This document shows positions 63,781-64,000 of a stretch of DNA of 64,000 bases, piece by piece. Numbering within the stretch: position 1 is the first letter of the stretch; every line of letters starts with the position of its first letter. The stretch is from positions 2,418,001 through 2,482,000 of the forward strand of contig NC_089434.1 of NCBI RefSeq assembly GCF_026210795.1, in the 5' to 3' direction. The notes beneath the pieces are model-generated. The model saw nothing but the letters and a program-made list of their open reading frames with translations, made no database searches and was not told the DNA's origin. This stretch comes from Rhizophagus irregularis. Taxonomy: Eukaryota. The position numbers were made by a program, and so were the translations under genes.

Positions 63781-64000
63781 ATATGTAAACCCATCCTATC
63801 CGTTTATCTATCAGTTTAACGCATTGGAACTTTGGTTCCATATAATTACGCCCATCTTTGAGTAACAACTAATTTCTATTCATACAATGAATTCTCATAT
63901 AATCATTTCATTAATACAATGGTAATTATAAATAAGTATTGTATAATAATATTACATCTTTATACATTATTGTATTCTTCTAATTATTCTTTCTACAGTT

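Larger units (their letters stand above)
62739..63834. mobile_element. Old hAT-like MITE hosting two younger MITEs
   Basis: TAGTGTTCCAATCCATTAAGCTGGCGGATAAATGAATA versus TATCCGTTTATCTATCAGTTTAACGCATTGGAACTTTG; TTCCAT on both flanks (degenerate TSD). Confidence 0.55.

Overview
AT-rich eukaryotic DNA with short GT-AG introns. Gene and transposon content suggest an arbuscular mycorrhizal fungus (Glomeromycota, Rhizophagus-like); this is inferred, not searched. Only two host genes are supported, convergent at the left end: a 14-exon BRCA2/Brh2 homolog with three BRC repeats (1758-5953, +) and a 3-exon Ssh4/Ear1-like SPRY protein (6643-8145, -). The remaining ~55 kb is a nest of decayed mobile elements: two Zator transposons, a hAT and its non-autonomous derivative, a pogo element, several MITE families and LINEs. 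Main observation: a ~39 kb head-to-tail array (one 1.26 kb non-coding element plus three copies of an APE-RT-RNase H LINE) sits inside the right terminal inverted repeat of a small CACTG MITE. The MITE begins at 22731 after ATG and ends at 62222 before ATG, and the TIR 14-mer TAGTTTTTGACCAG recurs at every junction. This points to a sequence-specific LINE that targets a DNA-transposon end and regenerates its own target. Second observation: both Zator transposase genes were hit by the same hAT family within their first 11 codons and by the same AGGACCCC MITE. All coordinates were read by eye.
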